A DNA stretch of 64,000 nucleotides from Owenia fusiformis (GCA_903813345.2 CAIIXF020000001.1:39060001-39124000); one strand, 5' to 3'. Counted from the stretch's first letter, positions 31,601 to 46,600 are shown. Numbers and translations: made by a program. Notes: generated from the letters alone by a model not told the origin.

Positions 31601-34600
31601 TCCAACTGCTCTACAGAACTCCAAGGACCACTTAACAGCTCGCCATGGTCCTCATTTACAGCCTGGATGCTTACATTGACCGGTTCATTACTGATGTTGT
31701 CACAATCAAAGTCTATGATATCTTCGGTCATGTTTGCAACTCTTACTGTGTTAACATTGCTTGAGCCATCTGCACTTTCTATTCTGATCGTGTACATTGT
31801 ATGAAGTCCATTGGTAATTAGAGGAGAATCCCATTCTAGCTTAAGTGAGGCATTCTTCAGCGTTTCCATTTGAAAATTAAGCACCATTCCAGGTTCTATA
31901 ATCAAAGATAATGATCATTTCAAGGGACAATTAGGACTCAGAGAACAACTATTCAAATCATTCTTTAACATGCCTATTTTAGAAAGCAACAGAATATTAA
32001 CATGCACATGAATTTCCAAAATTTTATCATTTTTACATTAGTTTTTAAGTTTTTTACAAATGCCGACCCAGAAATAATATACAAAATTTGGCCAATGTTT
32101 ACAATTTAAAGAAAATTGATTGAATACTTTTGGAACTATGACCAAAAAGAGACTCTCCTTGATAATTAAAACAAAACTTCATTAAAATATTAAGAAATGA
32201 ACAATGCCATGAGAGAAAATGGGGAGTAACTTACCTCCCATATGTGTCAATGCTTGAACCCTGTCAGAAGGGGGAGAACATGGATTATGACTCTCTAATA
32301 CACAAGCCTTCACAAGGAATGAGTAGAGTACTTGTCCATGTAGATTGTGAACTGTAGACATTGTCATGTTTCCAGATACCTCACAGGAACCATTCAGAAC
32401 ATCTGACTGCAATATAATGCAAAACACAACCTTTCAGTTTTAGAACACTTTTTATTTCTGAAGTCTAAACAACTATGAACGTCCATTAAGCATTCTTTAT
32501 TACTCAGCAATGACTGAGAATAGAAGAAAACACCGATCACAAATGTTGGAAATACCTCAGAAACAATTTCACAGGGTCGAAGTGTTCATGATGTGATAAA
32601 ATATCAGCAAAATGTTATGGCAAATGTAATTCAATAATAACAAGGCATAAATATGCAAAATGCCACCACCTGCCATTTGTTACAGAAATAAATCAACAAA
32701 AACACCAAACTGCCAAATACCAAACACAAACCACTGTACACCATCCACAAAAAATTTGGAGACTATAACAATATGTTGGTGACATAAAAATAATATTTTA
32801 CATATCAGTTACTTACCATGTATTCCACAATGTAATGTGTTATGTTACCATTAGTGGTAGGGCTTGGGTTCCAGCCAAGACTCACAGATGATGCTGTTAC
32901 ATTTCTGATATAAAGCCCTGTAGGAGATGAGCTTGGCGCTAAAAATATAGAGCACATATATTAAAAATTAAAATTACAAATCTGGTTCTGTCTGAAATAA
33001 GTTTTTTGTCATTGTATTTCTCTATATTCCACATTGCATGACACTGTTGGCATTAGATTGAACTTTTCATCTATCTTAATGCATGGGGATAATCTTTTCT
33101 CCATCTCTTCATTAAAATCATAAGATCATCTTTATATAGCAGAGATTAAGACACCCCAGGGGGCGTATGGCTCATTACAAGCTAAACTATTTTGAAAAAG
33201 CATCCATGGTTATAATAAGGGTTAATGATACACTATATTCTAAAAAAAAAAGTTATACCCAATTTAACACTGCTGTCATTGATAAAGCCATATTTTTTAT
33301 TTCTTTAACCCTATCAATGCTACAAAAAAAGGCAAATATTTCATTTTGCTGCTAATTCAAGAATGAAGAGCTTTTGCCTCAGTGCTAGACTTTTCATGGT
33401 AAAATGGAGAAAATTAGGCCCCGGTATATCTGACTTCATAACTTAGTCATTATTTCCGATGGAACCATGTATGATACATCGTTGGAAAGCTAAAATGATT
33501 ATCTTGATGAATAAATTATTCAAATATGCAAATTAGATATGACGTCATCAATATGGCCGCCATTTTACTTATTAGAAAAATAACGCTGTAAAATACAATT
33601 CATAGGTAATCATGAATTAATCCATTTGCCCCTACATCACATCCAATCAAATATAAATTATAAAATAGGACAAAAAACTAGACAAAAATATAATTGCCCA
33701 TGAATTTGTCATTTGCAGATGATATCTGGAACAATTCATAGCACCGTCGGCCGACCATAACGTTTATAATCTTATCAAATCTCATTTTCTACTAAAATCC
33801 TTGATTTTTTTACCAAAATATTGATGGTATTACAAAAACAATTAATTATTACATTTGTGTCTTATTTTGTCTACTGATATCAATACATAATATAAATATG
33901 AAGTTAATTAAATCATTCTGGATCAATACATGTATAGAAGATAAGAGAATTCTGTTACCATGACAACGGGTAAGTGGATGAAACATTTTGTAAGAATTTG
34001 CAATTTACAGTACAATTAATTCACTAGCGTCCAGATTGATTTCAATTCTATCCTCAAAAAAAAATCTGCTCAAAGTTTTAACTTATTGTTGGCATTATGG
34101 CAATGAATATATGTTACCATGGCAACAGATTATGGTTTAACTTGACAAGTCATGCTTAGTTTGTTTGTTTGTTTGTTTGTTTTATTCATTATTTATATTG
34201 AAAAGTTACAATCGTATAAATTGGACATTTAGATTGATTGATTTATGCCTCTTGTAATTTCCTTTAATTTTTCCCATCGTTTTTACATTTCAACCTACAG
34301 ATTGTTGGTTGAAGAAGGTATTGAATGAGATATACTCTGTGCTATAGTACTACTGTAACTTTATATTCATGTCCAATGTGTCTGCCAGCAGGAGTTGCCC
34401 AAACTCATATCCTCTCCTCTTGCTGTTTAGAAGGAACACTTCATATGAACCCCTTTCCACATTCTGTCCTGGAATGGTGACAGGTCCCTAGCTGGCTACA
34501 CAGAACATACTGCTTTTCTTGTTGTCAGGTAATATCCCTGGCCAATGGCTTAGTGCATTAACTAAAGTGCAGGACAGGAGGCAGTTGCAAGGCCCTCAAT

Positions 34601-37600
34601 CAGGTCAATCATAAATGAGCATCTGAAAACAAACATCAGTAATATTATTTATAAATGTTCACTTACATTGAAATCGATATATATATTGTGATGTATATTC
34701 AAAATTGTAATTGATATTAAAAGAAAATTAAAGAAAATATCATTTTATATCAGTTTCTTTAAAATAGATACAATACATTTGTTACATGATTACACTGCCA
34801 TATGAGGGTTATGGAAATTCATTATCAGACTTGACAGTCAAGGGGCTAGCTAATGATATGAGCAGCTGTTGAGAACAGTTGCAAACTCGACACCTACTGT
34901 AGTGAAAAGATTACCGGATTTTCTCGCATATAAGCCCTGGGCGTATAACTGAAAGAAGGGGTAATTTCGTCTGTTATTTTACCTCTTATTTTTCACCCAT
35001 GGGCGTATAAGTGTACTACTTTCGATTTTTGGCACAGTGGGCGTAAAGGTGAGAAGAGCTGATGAATACAATGGTTTCTCAAAGACTACCGTACCTACTG
35101 TTGTAGTCCTACCGCATGTTTTGTAAGAATTATAAAGGAAATGTCAACTTCAACCTTGGACTTAATGTTGAAACAAAGTAACAACAGAACGATCCACCAC
35201 TGCCACTTACTGCACAGCGTTGAACTTAATGTTGAAACAAAGTAACGATAGAACGATCTGCCAGTGACAAAATACTCTAGAATTTATTGAAAAAATCAAT
35301 AAATAGTCATTTTTATAGGCCCATGGGTGTATAAGCGTACTACATTCGATTTTTGGCCCATGGGCCTAAATTTAGGGGGGTGTATATGCGAGAAAATCCG
35401 GTAGCTAGTATATGTACATGTATGTACCAAAAGTACCCTCTCAATGATCAGTTTCGACCATACCTGTAGCTCATGCTGACATGAGTTTTCTTAAACTACA
35501 TACCTTTGCATTGTCTTTTCTGTATCTGTGTGCTCCATATACAATGTAAGAGTTAAGCAGCATTCAACTGAGTATTGCAACGCCCACTTTATGCCAGTAT
35601 TGGAGTTCATCCATCACTGTGTGATCATTTGATCTGTGCTATCGACTGTCCCCATCGGTTGTTATCCTGCAATATGTAAATGATTAGGCTATCTGATTAT
35701 CATTTGTATAACAAATATTAGTTTTACTTATCATATGAACGAATTTCAGAAAATGCGCTATATGTTCAATAAATATTTTGTACAAATCTATGTACCACGA
35801 TTCCTTTCTTGAGACATGTATTTCACTGAGTCTGTTCAATGTGTTCTTTCTACTGTTTAGTAGTTACAATATGCACCAGTCAGAAATAACATACAAATAT
35901 TTATTTCTATTGAGGTTGAATACCTGTGCATCTTTCACTAGTGATATTTCACGAAGCCCGAAGTGCAAGTGGAATATCTTGTGAAAGTGTCAAGTGTCAA
36001 GCATTCACCAAAAATAGAATTAAATATTTATTTTATTATTCACTGTTATATTCCTCACTCACATATTTGGAATGACAAACTATTGATTTCTAATTAATCA
36101 TAACAATGTACCCCCGAATATATACAATCAAAATTACACTGGACTAAGTTGTGACAGATGAATATTGCTTGTTATTTTTGTTGATTTAATTTCAGTAGTA
36201 CCATTCTTCTGTTTTCAGGGTAAACTAAATCAAATGTCTGAGAGGAACAAAGAAAAAAAATAAAATAAAGTTATTTCATGTAACTTGTCTAAAGATATAT
36301 GGCATTAACCAGGAAAGTTATGCACTGTTCCTGTGGTGTGAATATGTTTTAAATGTGAAAGCAAAATATAAAAGTGTAAAAATAGGGTCTTGTATTACAT
36401 ATTTTCACAGAAAGTTATCAAGGTAAAAATTTTACCTCTTGCTCATAGAGACCAGTCCCGCAATCAGAGCAATGTTTTCATGGAGAGTATTATGGCAGAA
36501 TTCCCGTTGAACGCAGAAATCAAGCACCTGACCTTGCAGCTTGATATAGGGGTTGCAGCCAGGCTTGTCTTCAACTAATGCAACCTCATTATTGTTCATG
36601 TGCCAGAACCGCAAAAGTAGCTGAAATCGGTCTCTTGTAAAGTTTTTTCCTAACTGGGGGTTGCCTGATTCCATCTATAATGAGAAAATGCATAGAGGTT
36701 ATTTACTTGGAGGGATTGAACGTGGGGTTTATTTCCCTAGGATCATGATTTTTCATTTTTCGAATTTTCTTTTCTAAAATTAAATTCTTTTTCCTTCAAA
36801 AATCTTAATTTTGGGCCAAATTTTTCATTTTAGGCCGAATTTTCATTTTTTCATACACAGTACTTTATATCATTTTACTTCATGATTTGAATTCATACAT
36901 TACAAAATGTTTTTATTTTTTTTATTTAGTGACCTGTTTCTGTACATGACCTATAAAATACTGTATAATCAGTCTTCTGATTAGTCTAATTAATCTTATG
37001 AAAAGGTTATTGTGTCACAATAATGGCAATACACATATGTTCAGGGTTGGCTCTGGAAATTGACTTGCGGGACTTGAATTTAAATAAATGAGCTTTGGGT
37101 CCACTTTTTTCAGAAATGCCCAAGAAAAGTACAAAGAAACGGCCTCTTAGCCTTTAGGCCGAGAATGACACCTGCCTTTCCCCTTGGCCATCAGTGATAA
37201 AACAAACATTACGTGTTTTTGTCCAATATGACTCCAGTGTTGCTTTCTGAATCAAACACATATTTAGCAGCATCTCAATGAAGGCTTTCATTCAGAGATG
37301 GATGTACTGTATTTTCCCACTGTATAGCCTACTGCAATCTTTGAGAAACTCCTCTTCTCTTTGTGCTGTAAAGGAAAGATCATTGTATATAAATATTTAT
37401 TCCATAATTATAATAGCATGTTTTCCCTGGGAAATAAATAAGATTTCGCATCAGACAAAATCCTGTTTCAGATCCCATATTGGATCCGATATCAGAAGAA
37501 TTCAATTGTATCATTTTATATCACACCATCATTGGGTGATGACATTCAAAACTTATAAATAAGTTTCAGTTGTGTTGGGGTATTAATATTTTCCCTGAGA

Positions 37601-40600
37601 AAATATGATATTGATCTTGAAGAATATCACTTTGACACTTGGGCTATTGCCCTCGGTCAATATGATATTTTCCTTGGCCAATATTATATTTTCCCACAGA
37701 ATAAAATTCATATACCATCCTTCCCATTAAATAATCTCTATATAACATAACATTTACTATATACAAGGAAGTAGCCATAATGGAAATGAGGGAAATTTCA
37801 AAAAAATATTTATACTGAAGCTGAAGTAGAGTGTTTACCTAAATTTAAATCTGCCTCTTCCAGAGATCAAATTGATTTTATTGGGGCAATACTAGAATAA
37901 TGTGCTTTCCTTTATCTTCACAGACTTAATATACACATACTGTCCAAATAAATGTTTTCCTGAAAAATGGTGGTGAGGCAAACGCCTCACCTGTCTCAAG
38001 TTTGGCTTCACCCATGTTACAGGTACAGGTACTGTATAACTACAGTTGGGGACAAAAATAAATGACAGGTCGATTTTCGATCACCATTTCCTAATTATGG
38101 TCGTCTGAAAGCCCAACATTTCCAATATTGTCTAGATACATATCCCTTAAAATTTGTATATTTCATATTTTGTATAATCTCATCCACTGATGTATGGCCT
38201 CTTGAAAATTCTCTTATTTTTAACATGGGAAATTCTCACTTCAGCAAATCCACCTGTCATTTATTTATGTCCTGAACTGTACCTGTATGAATACAGTAGA
38301 TAAAAAATTATTGGTACATCCCTTTTCATATACAAATATGACCTTCATGCTGAACAAATACTGTTAAACACTTTTGTACATGTTGTAATGTATTGTAAAA
38401 CACATTGTATTGTACTATACTACATTAATTATAATCAATATCATAAAGCTTGTACATGTACATAAATTGCAATTATGTACTTTACTCTAGTAATATTGGT
38501 AAACACTGAAACACTGTTTAATTGCCTACCTGTACATTGCAGTTGTTCAGCATAACATTTCACTGTACTTTCAGCAGTCATATGATCCCAAACTCCATCC
38601 ATGTATTAATCAAAGTAAATATCATTGATGCGGCATTTGGTATTGTTTGCTTTGTCTGGTTCCTAAAACATATATTGTCAGCTACACAACAGTATAGCGC
38701 TTCACTTTATTCAGTGACTGACTATGTTGTAGTCAAAGCAGGGATTAAAAAAATAAATTGAGGCGGGACAACTAAGGCAAAACTGGACTGAAATACAACA
38801 TTACTGTAATTCAATTAAAAAACATCTGACACAGATTGGAACATAAATAAATGACAGGTGGATTTGCTGAAGTGAGGATTTCCAATGTTAAAAATGTTGG
38901 AAAGTATGGGCTTTCAGATGGCCATGGTTGGTGATAGAAAATCCACCTGTCCACTTGAGTCTCAAGCCAATTCTCACGATATACATGTAGTGGCCTTAGA
39001 AGAAGGTAATTCCCAACTGTATTTGTCTTTGAAAAAGTTTGCTATCAGCTCTAGATGCATGGATATTGTACATAGCCATACACGTCAATGTAAAGGAGTA
39101 TTCGGTATACTAGTATATGTATTGCATTGTCCATGGCAATGAAACAGTGCAATGAAATAGTACAATGAAATGATAAAGAAACAATAAGAAAATCAAAAAT
39201 AAAATTGAAAAAAAATTCATGAATTCTGCAGTTCATTAGTGGTTTAGACACTATAGAGCCATAAATATCATAAAATCAATAAATATTTGTTATCAGATAT
39301 ACATACAGTACCTTTCTCTGTGTCATTACATTGCAAAAAGACAATGATCCCTCAAGAATATGCGATATATTTAGGAGCAAATTTGTTCATTTTTAACCTG
39401 GATGGCGCCATTTTGAATGTCACATGATCACCATGATCAAGTCATGTGACTTAATTTTCCAAGTATGTTATTTGCTCTATTTACACTCTAAATAAAATAT
39501 GTTCGATAATAGTATTCATCTAATAGTTAGATGAAAATAATTCAGTTCAAATAATTCAGCTGATAACTTACAATGTCGATTATAATTGACACAACTCAAA
39601 AAAAATCTTGACTGGAATTTTTCTGGTCCTTCCGGGCTATTTACCTTATCAAATTGTGATCTTTCCTTTGATTGCTGAGGTCCAGGGACACATCTTCACT
39701 GATTACAAGGTATGGGAATATTCCCATCATCATCGGACTTGCTTCGGACACCAGAGAGATCAGAATCACTATCAAATAGGCTCTCAATAAAAATCACTGC
39801 CATCGTCATTTAGTGCCGCCATTTTTCCCGCCAAATATTTGTTTGAAAATTTGTTTTTATTTTTCCTATTTTTAAAAACTCGATCAAGTTGAGAAAAATG
39901 AACAAACAAGCACAGTGTTTCGAAATATTTATTGTTTTAGACATACAATATCATGTTTATTTGTGAAGATCTGCATGTCTTACATAATTACTGAGGGGAA
40001 TCCCCTTTTACATGGGAATGACGTAAAGCCGATCTCATCGGCTTTAGCACTGAAGCAAAGGTTTTTCAGAGCCGATTTAATCGGCTCTCGCAAACACAAA
40101 TGTGACGTCAGAGCCGATTAAATCGGCTCTCGCATTGACGGGGTTAAGAACCTCCTATATATAATACATTTTGACAATTATAGTGGAAAGAAAAATCTGC
40201 CCACCTGATGGATTAGTTCTGAATATGTGTAGCTTTGAACTCTTTGGTCCCTCATCCAGATTTGTGTAGCTTCTGATATGTACCTCATAATCCGTATTAG
40301 GCATCAGTTCTCCAAACATATGTGATGTTATACCAGGCCCAACTCTTGTTACATTAGCGGTACCTGTAAATGTTAAGATTTACCATTTTCAAGATTTAAG
40401 ATTCATGATTTAATTCAGAGATTTTTTATGTGATGAAATACAAGAATTTGAGGAATTTTGTAACTATTTCAGATAAATATCATAATTTGGTTTTAACAAC
40501 AACAAAAAATGTTAATTCAGAAAATATTCCTTTGATACCACCTAACAGATGTATAAATCTGAACTAAATGTACAAAGCAATTTTACTGAAATTGTGATAA

Positions 40601-43600
40601 AGATGATAACAGGATAGCATTTTAATTTAAAGTTTAATTTAACATTAAAGACTACACACCATTCAGACAGTGCGCTTCTGCTGTCCACTGACATATGTTT
40701 AAAATGTAGCCCTGTATGAAGACCTTGCTCTCATGACAGCTTGGAGCGCCCTTCCATGCTATACTCAAACTTCTCTCACTTTGTTCCGTTAGCCTCAGGT
40801 CACTTGGTGCTGTCTTTGGCACTATAAATCATGGATAATACAAACATCATACCTTTACTTCCGACAAGGAGAATGTATGTCATGAATGTTTGCACTTAGT
40901 CAAGTACAGCAGAGATGGATGAATGGACAGATAGACTGACAGACAGACAGAGGCTGAAAATATTGCCTCACATTATGTAATAGAGACATAAAAGGGATAA
41001 AACACAACTGTCAATCTTGTCACTTAGATACGAATGGATAGAATCGTATTGTGTTTACATAATAAAACAAAATATTGAATAAAATGCCATGGCAGAGAAC
41101 AGTGTGGGAGATGTGTAAGATACCATGGCAGAGTACAGTGTGGGAAATGGGTAAGATACCATGGCAGAGTACAGTGTGGGAGATTGATAAGATGTTATGG
41201 TAGAGAAGAGTGTGGGAGATGGGTAAGATGTTAAGGTAGAGTACAGTGTGGGAGATTGGTAATATGCCATGGCTGAGAACAGTGTGGGAGATGGGTAAGA
41301 TGTTATGGCAGAGAAGAGTGTGGGAGATGGGTAAGATGTTAAGGTAGAGTACAGTGTGGGAGATTGGTAATATGCCATGGCTGAGAACAGTGTGGGAGAT
41401 GGGTAAGATGTTATGGCAGAGAAGAGTGTGGGAGATGGGTAAGATGTTAAGGTAGAGTACAGTGTGGGAGATTGGTAATATGCCATGGCTGAGAACAGTG
41501 TGGGAGATGGGTAAGATGTTATGGCAGAGAAGAGTGTGGGAGATGGGTAAGATGTTAAGGTAGAGTACAGTGTGGGAGATTGGTAATATGCCATGGCTGA
41601 GAACAGTGTGGGAGATGGGTAAGATGCCATGGCAGGGAACAGTGTGAGAGACGGGTAATATGTTATGGTAGAGTACAGTGTGGGGGATTGGTAATATGCC
41701 ATGGCTGAGAACAGTGTGGGAGATGGGTAAGATGCCATGGCAGGGAACAGTGTGGGAGATTGGTAAGATGTTATGGTAGTGAAGCTTTAATACAGTACCT
41801 GAGTCATGCCAGACAGAACACAACCAATCAGTCATGCCACTGCTTGTGTTGGCCACCTCTACAGATATAGCAACATTATACTGAACACTCTCTGTCAGGT
41901 CTAGTTCAAGTAGCAACTCATTCTCACCATGTGACACTCGCCTCCAAATCAAGTCGCTTCCCTCCTACAAAACAAATTGTTAATTTGGTGATACTGCAAT
42001 TAGCTTAAATGAAAATTTTGTCTCATTTACCTAAAATGATAATTTTGTAATATCTCAATTTGATAAATGATAATTTGGCGATATTTACAATTAGCTAAAA
42101 TAATAATTTTGTAATATCTCAATTTGATAAATTATAATTTGGCGATATTTACAATTAGCTAAAATGATAATTTTGTAATATCTCAATTTGATAAATTATA
42201 ATTTGGTGATCTCTGCAATTAGCTTAAATTATAATTTTGTAAGATCTCAATTAGATAAAATGATAGTTTTGTGATATCTCAGAGGCTAAAATGATAATTT
42301 TGTGATATATCATTAGTAAAAATGATAATTTTGTGATATCTCATCAGCTATAATGATAATTTAGTGATGTTTTTAAAATAACAGCGTGATGATCATTTTG
42401 ATAGTCACAGTTATATATACAGTGAAATAAATAATAATCCAATGTCTAAACTAAAAATCTAAATAGTCCATCTTCTTTCCCTTTGGCAGTTGATCATACA
42501 TGTTTACTCTCATTCTGACCCACTTGCTCTTCGACTCCAGATCCCTTATACAGTATATGAAATGACCCACTTGCTCTTTGACTCCAGATCCCTTACATAT
42601 GAAATGACCCACTTGCTCTTTGACTCCAGATCCCTTACATATGAAATGACCCACTTGGTCTTTGACTCCAGATCCCTTACATATGAAATGACCCACTTGG
42701 TCTTTGACTCCAGATCCCTTACATATGAAATGACCCACTTGCTCTTGGACTCCAGATCCCTTACATATGAAATGACCCACTTGATCTTTGACTCCAGATA
42801 CCTTACATATGAAATGACACACTTGCTCTTTAACTCCAGATCCCTTACATATGAAATGACCCACTTGGTCTTTGACTCCAGATCCCTTACATATGAAATG
42901 ACCCACTTGGTCTTTGACTCCAGATCCCTTACATATGAAATGACCCACTTGCTCTTTGACTCCAGATCCCTTACATATGAAATGACCCACTTGGTCTTTG
43001 ACTCCAGATCCCTTACATATGAAATGACCCACTTGGTCTTTGACTCCAGATCCCTTACATATGAAATGACCCACTTGCTCTTTGACTCCAGATCCCTTAC
43101 ATATGAAATGACCCACTTGCTCTTTGACTCCAGATCCCTTATACAGTATATGAAATGACCCACTTGCTCTTTGACTCCAGATCCCTTACATATGAAATGA
43201 CCCACTTGGTCTTTGACTCCAGATCCCTTACATATGAAATGACCCACTTGGTCTTTGACTCCAGATACCTTATATATGAAATTATTCATTGAAGATCTTA
43301 CCCTGCACTCGTGGTTGGGACTGCCCTCACACCAATACACTGTCACATAATACATCTGGTGAGCCAGCTCCTCAGGGTTAGTCCATTTCACTAGTAAGCT
43401 GCCATTCATCTGGTGTTCCACATAACCATTTTGGACATTTGGAGGTGCTATAGTTATAATATAATATTAGGAGGTATATTTCTGTGCAAAAGATGTTACC
43501 TATATTACATGCATAATATTGCAAATCTTCAAAAAGTACTATAAATATAGATTGTGATACGGTAAAGGTTTAATAAATATAGGCTAAATATATCTCATAT

Positions 43601-46600
43601 AGGCTACAACTAATAAATCACTGTTTTTTGCTTTTTTATTTGGTTTATTTATTCTGTTAGTTCACAAAACTGTTTGTGTTAATTGCCAAAACTTAAAAAA
43701 CAAGAGCTTTGTTGTAATATCATTCATTAGTGTAACAGTGGGTCAGAGATGTATTAATGTGGATATAATGCATTTATCATTTACAAACAGTTCTTCATGA
43801 TGTATTTGGCTCAAACTTTGACTCAACTCCATTTTTCATTTGATGAATTATCCAAGTTTTCATTACCATCCAATAAATACGATGTCTTGTCAAATGTAAT
43901 GCACCAAATAATGAAGATGCAGTATAGTACCCAGGCCTGTAGCCAGCCCCCCTCCCCCTGGCCAAAAATTCTTTCAAAATCATGCAGTTTTTCATCATTC
44001 TGAGCACTTTCTAAGTGATTTTGGCCATTTTTGGAACAAAACTGTCAAAAGAGAACCCCCTCTAGAATTTTTCAAAAAGTGAACCCCCCTTGGAAAATCC
44101 TGGCTACGGGCCTGGTACCTCACCCATTATCTAGCAGGACGGCTAGGACATTTAACAATAAAATGAATTGATGAGTGCAGTAATCAACATTTGCAGATTA
44201 AATCATTTACATTTAAATTGTAAAATTATGTGCATACAACTGTGATTTTAAAAGAAGACTCTTAGTTTGTTAAAAGAACTCGCTTAATATTTCGTTGTAA
44301 TGTATTTTTAGGTATTAATGTAAACAGTGTGCAGCTGAATGGAATATACCAGTATATGTCTAAGCAAAATTGTATTACCATCTTGGTGAATGTGCAGATA
44401 AAGTTATATTAATTGATGTAAACCTTTGGAGTAGGTCTTCAAAGCTTCTCTTAATAAATGGTTTCTATGAAATGTAAATATTTAGTTTTGGATTTTGTTT
44501 GGTTACATAAGCGTTTATAGAATAATTTCTAAGCCAAAGGAACGCCTTACTTAATTAAATCCCCAGTGAGTGGAACATATATTTACGAACTAATTGTATT
44601 ATATGAGTATCAATATTCTAACCCTCAAATTTCAGAAAAACAAAATGTCCGTCAAATAATTCGAATTTTTAGAAAAATACCCCAAAAAATCAGAAAATCA
44701 AAAACATGCATCATGAGCATCGTGAAGCTTAGAAGAGTACATTGATGTCACTTTGGTGTATGACATCATTAGTGTCTTCTTTTACATTACCACAAATTTT
44801 TGACTTAAAACAATGTCATCTGCCTATTGCATCTGTGTATCTTTAAAGTCTCAATTAATATTTATTTAAGATGTTACATTGACACCGTAATGCAGCTTAA
44901 TCAATTTCAGTTGACTGGCTTACTAATTATCTCACATTTCTTGCTAAGCATGGATAATATTTTGCAATTAATGTAAGGAAAACAATTTTATTGATTTATT
45001 CAAAAATAACTCAGTGAGATTCACATGGGAATGTTTCAATATTTATAATATCTAACAGCAGGAGCTTAGAATAGTTAAAGTTTTTTCAAATGTTTGGTTG
45101 AAATAGCAATATACAAGTACTTGGTTAGCTAAAATTTAAATACATGGGTATTAGCTTGAATCAAAAACTACTATTTTCCACAATGAAGTTGGAATAGAGG
45201 AATTATACAAGGACACGAATAGGTGGCTTTATGCTTGATTTTTCTGCAATAAAAGTGGCAGCTATTTTGAAATTTGCATTGTTTTGCTTGTAGACATTAT
45301 TGATAACCTATAAACCTGTACCCTTTTGTACAAATTAATGTAATTCTTCTGAAGTTATGACCAAAAAATGAAAACTATCTGTACATCAAATAATCTACCA
45401 ATGTGTTGACAGATAGATGGAGGAGTGAACAGACGGCGGATGGATGGACGGTAAGACAAGTGGGCGACAACAATAGCTCACTTATATGAGCTTAAAGTAA
45501 AACAATATCTAGAAATATAGCAAATTATTACCTGAAATTCCCGTGTCTAGCATTAATTGAGCCTCAGGTGACATTCCTTTACTATTAAGGCTTGTCACAT
45601 AGAATATGTACGGAGTGTCTCTCTTGAGATTGGAAAATGAGATATGATTCTTCACTGTTGACTTTGTAGTGTTTCCCTCTATAGTGCTCGCTGTTATAAT
45701 GTGACTGATGATGTCACCATTGCGTTGGTAGGCTGCCACCTCCTAAAAATAATTATTTTCGATTAGCCCTTTTTTATGATTGTCCCATAATTCAACATAA
45801 ACTGAAAGATTTGAAAGGAAAATAATGAATAATACCAGAAATATAAGGGGGGGACTACAAATATTGTTCAGTACAATAATGGATATCTTTATCCTATACT
45901 TAGTAGTGATATGCGGGAATATAATTGAAATCTGAGGTGAGTTGGAGATATATGTCTCCAGCTGTACCTTCTGCCACTCAGCTATCCCCAGGAGTTTCAT
46001 TCAGTGCATTTTCGCGAGTGAAAAATCAATAATTTCGTTTCTAGAAGATATTGATTTCATATGCTGTTAAATTTAATTTTTGAGTTTTAAAGAACAATAA
46101 ATGTTAAGAACTTTAAATTGAGATGTTTTGATTGTAATTATTACATTAGGGTTCCATAACATTCAAAGCATAACTAGAAAAACAGCAACTTCACGGAGTA
46201 GCAAATCCCACCGAACAAACCATGTTTTGATAAATAGCGGCCATATAAAATTTGAGCCAAATCCATCCACTGGTATTTGAATTATCAAAGATTATTTTTC
46301 ATAAAACATGGTTGCCATATTCAGCTGTCATCTTTAGATTTCTTCTTTAGCAGAGCTCCTATGTCCTACTGGTACTTGAGTTATCAAGGACTACATGTTT
46401 AATGAAAAATGGCAGAGATTTCCACAAATATCAGCCACCTTGAAAATTTCTTCTCGAGCAGAGCTCCCTTATCTCTAGGCATCAGTATAAAAAAAGTGAA
46501 GTCAATCCATCCAATGGTATTTGAGTTATCAATGATAATGCTTTTTTAAGAAAAATGGCAGCCATTTTGAAATTCAGTGGCCATCTTGAAAATATCTATT

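Larger units (their letters stand above)
34380..39822 (-). pseudogene. Multi-exon piggyBac (PGBD-like) transposase pseudogene
   Basis: Ordered fragments bounded by splice-like sites: acidic N-terminus (about 39640-39822, MAALNDD..IESLFDSDSD), about 38530-38662 (YFD*YMDGVWDHM..YAEQ), about 37170-37347 (MKAFIEMLLNMCLIQKATLESYW), about 36435-36674 (FTRDRFQLLLRFWHMNNN), about 35504-35666 (VDSTDQMI..YWHKV..MLLNSYIVY) and about 34380-34622 (FMIDLIEGL). Multiple stops and frameshifts. Confidence 0.75.
33309..40143 (-). mobile_element. Decayed piggyBac-type transposon (about 6.8 kb) in a receptor intron
   Basis: TTAA at 33305-33308 and 40144-40147. Termini are ccctatcaatgc and gcattgacgggg (10/12 inverted match). 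Subterminal palindromes agagccgat(t/a)taatcggctct lie near 40068-40130. Transposase remnants are on the minus strand. Confidence 0.85.

Noticed and set aside
41055..43158. Repetitive ORFs 41055-41738, 42451-43116 and 42490-43158 as independent genes
   Set aside because: They are by-products of stop-free 39-bp and 42-bp minisatellite units that are open in several frames and on both strands.
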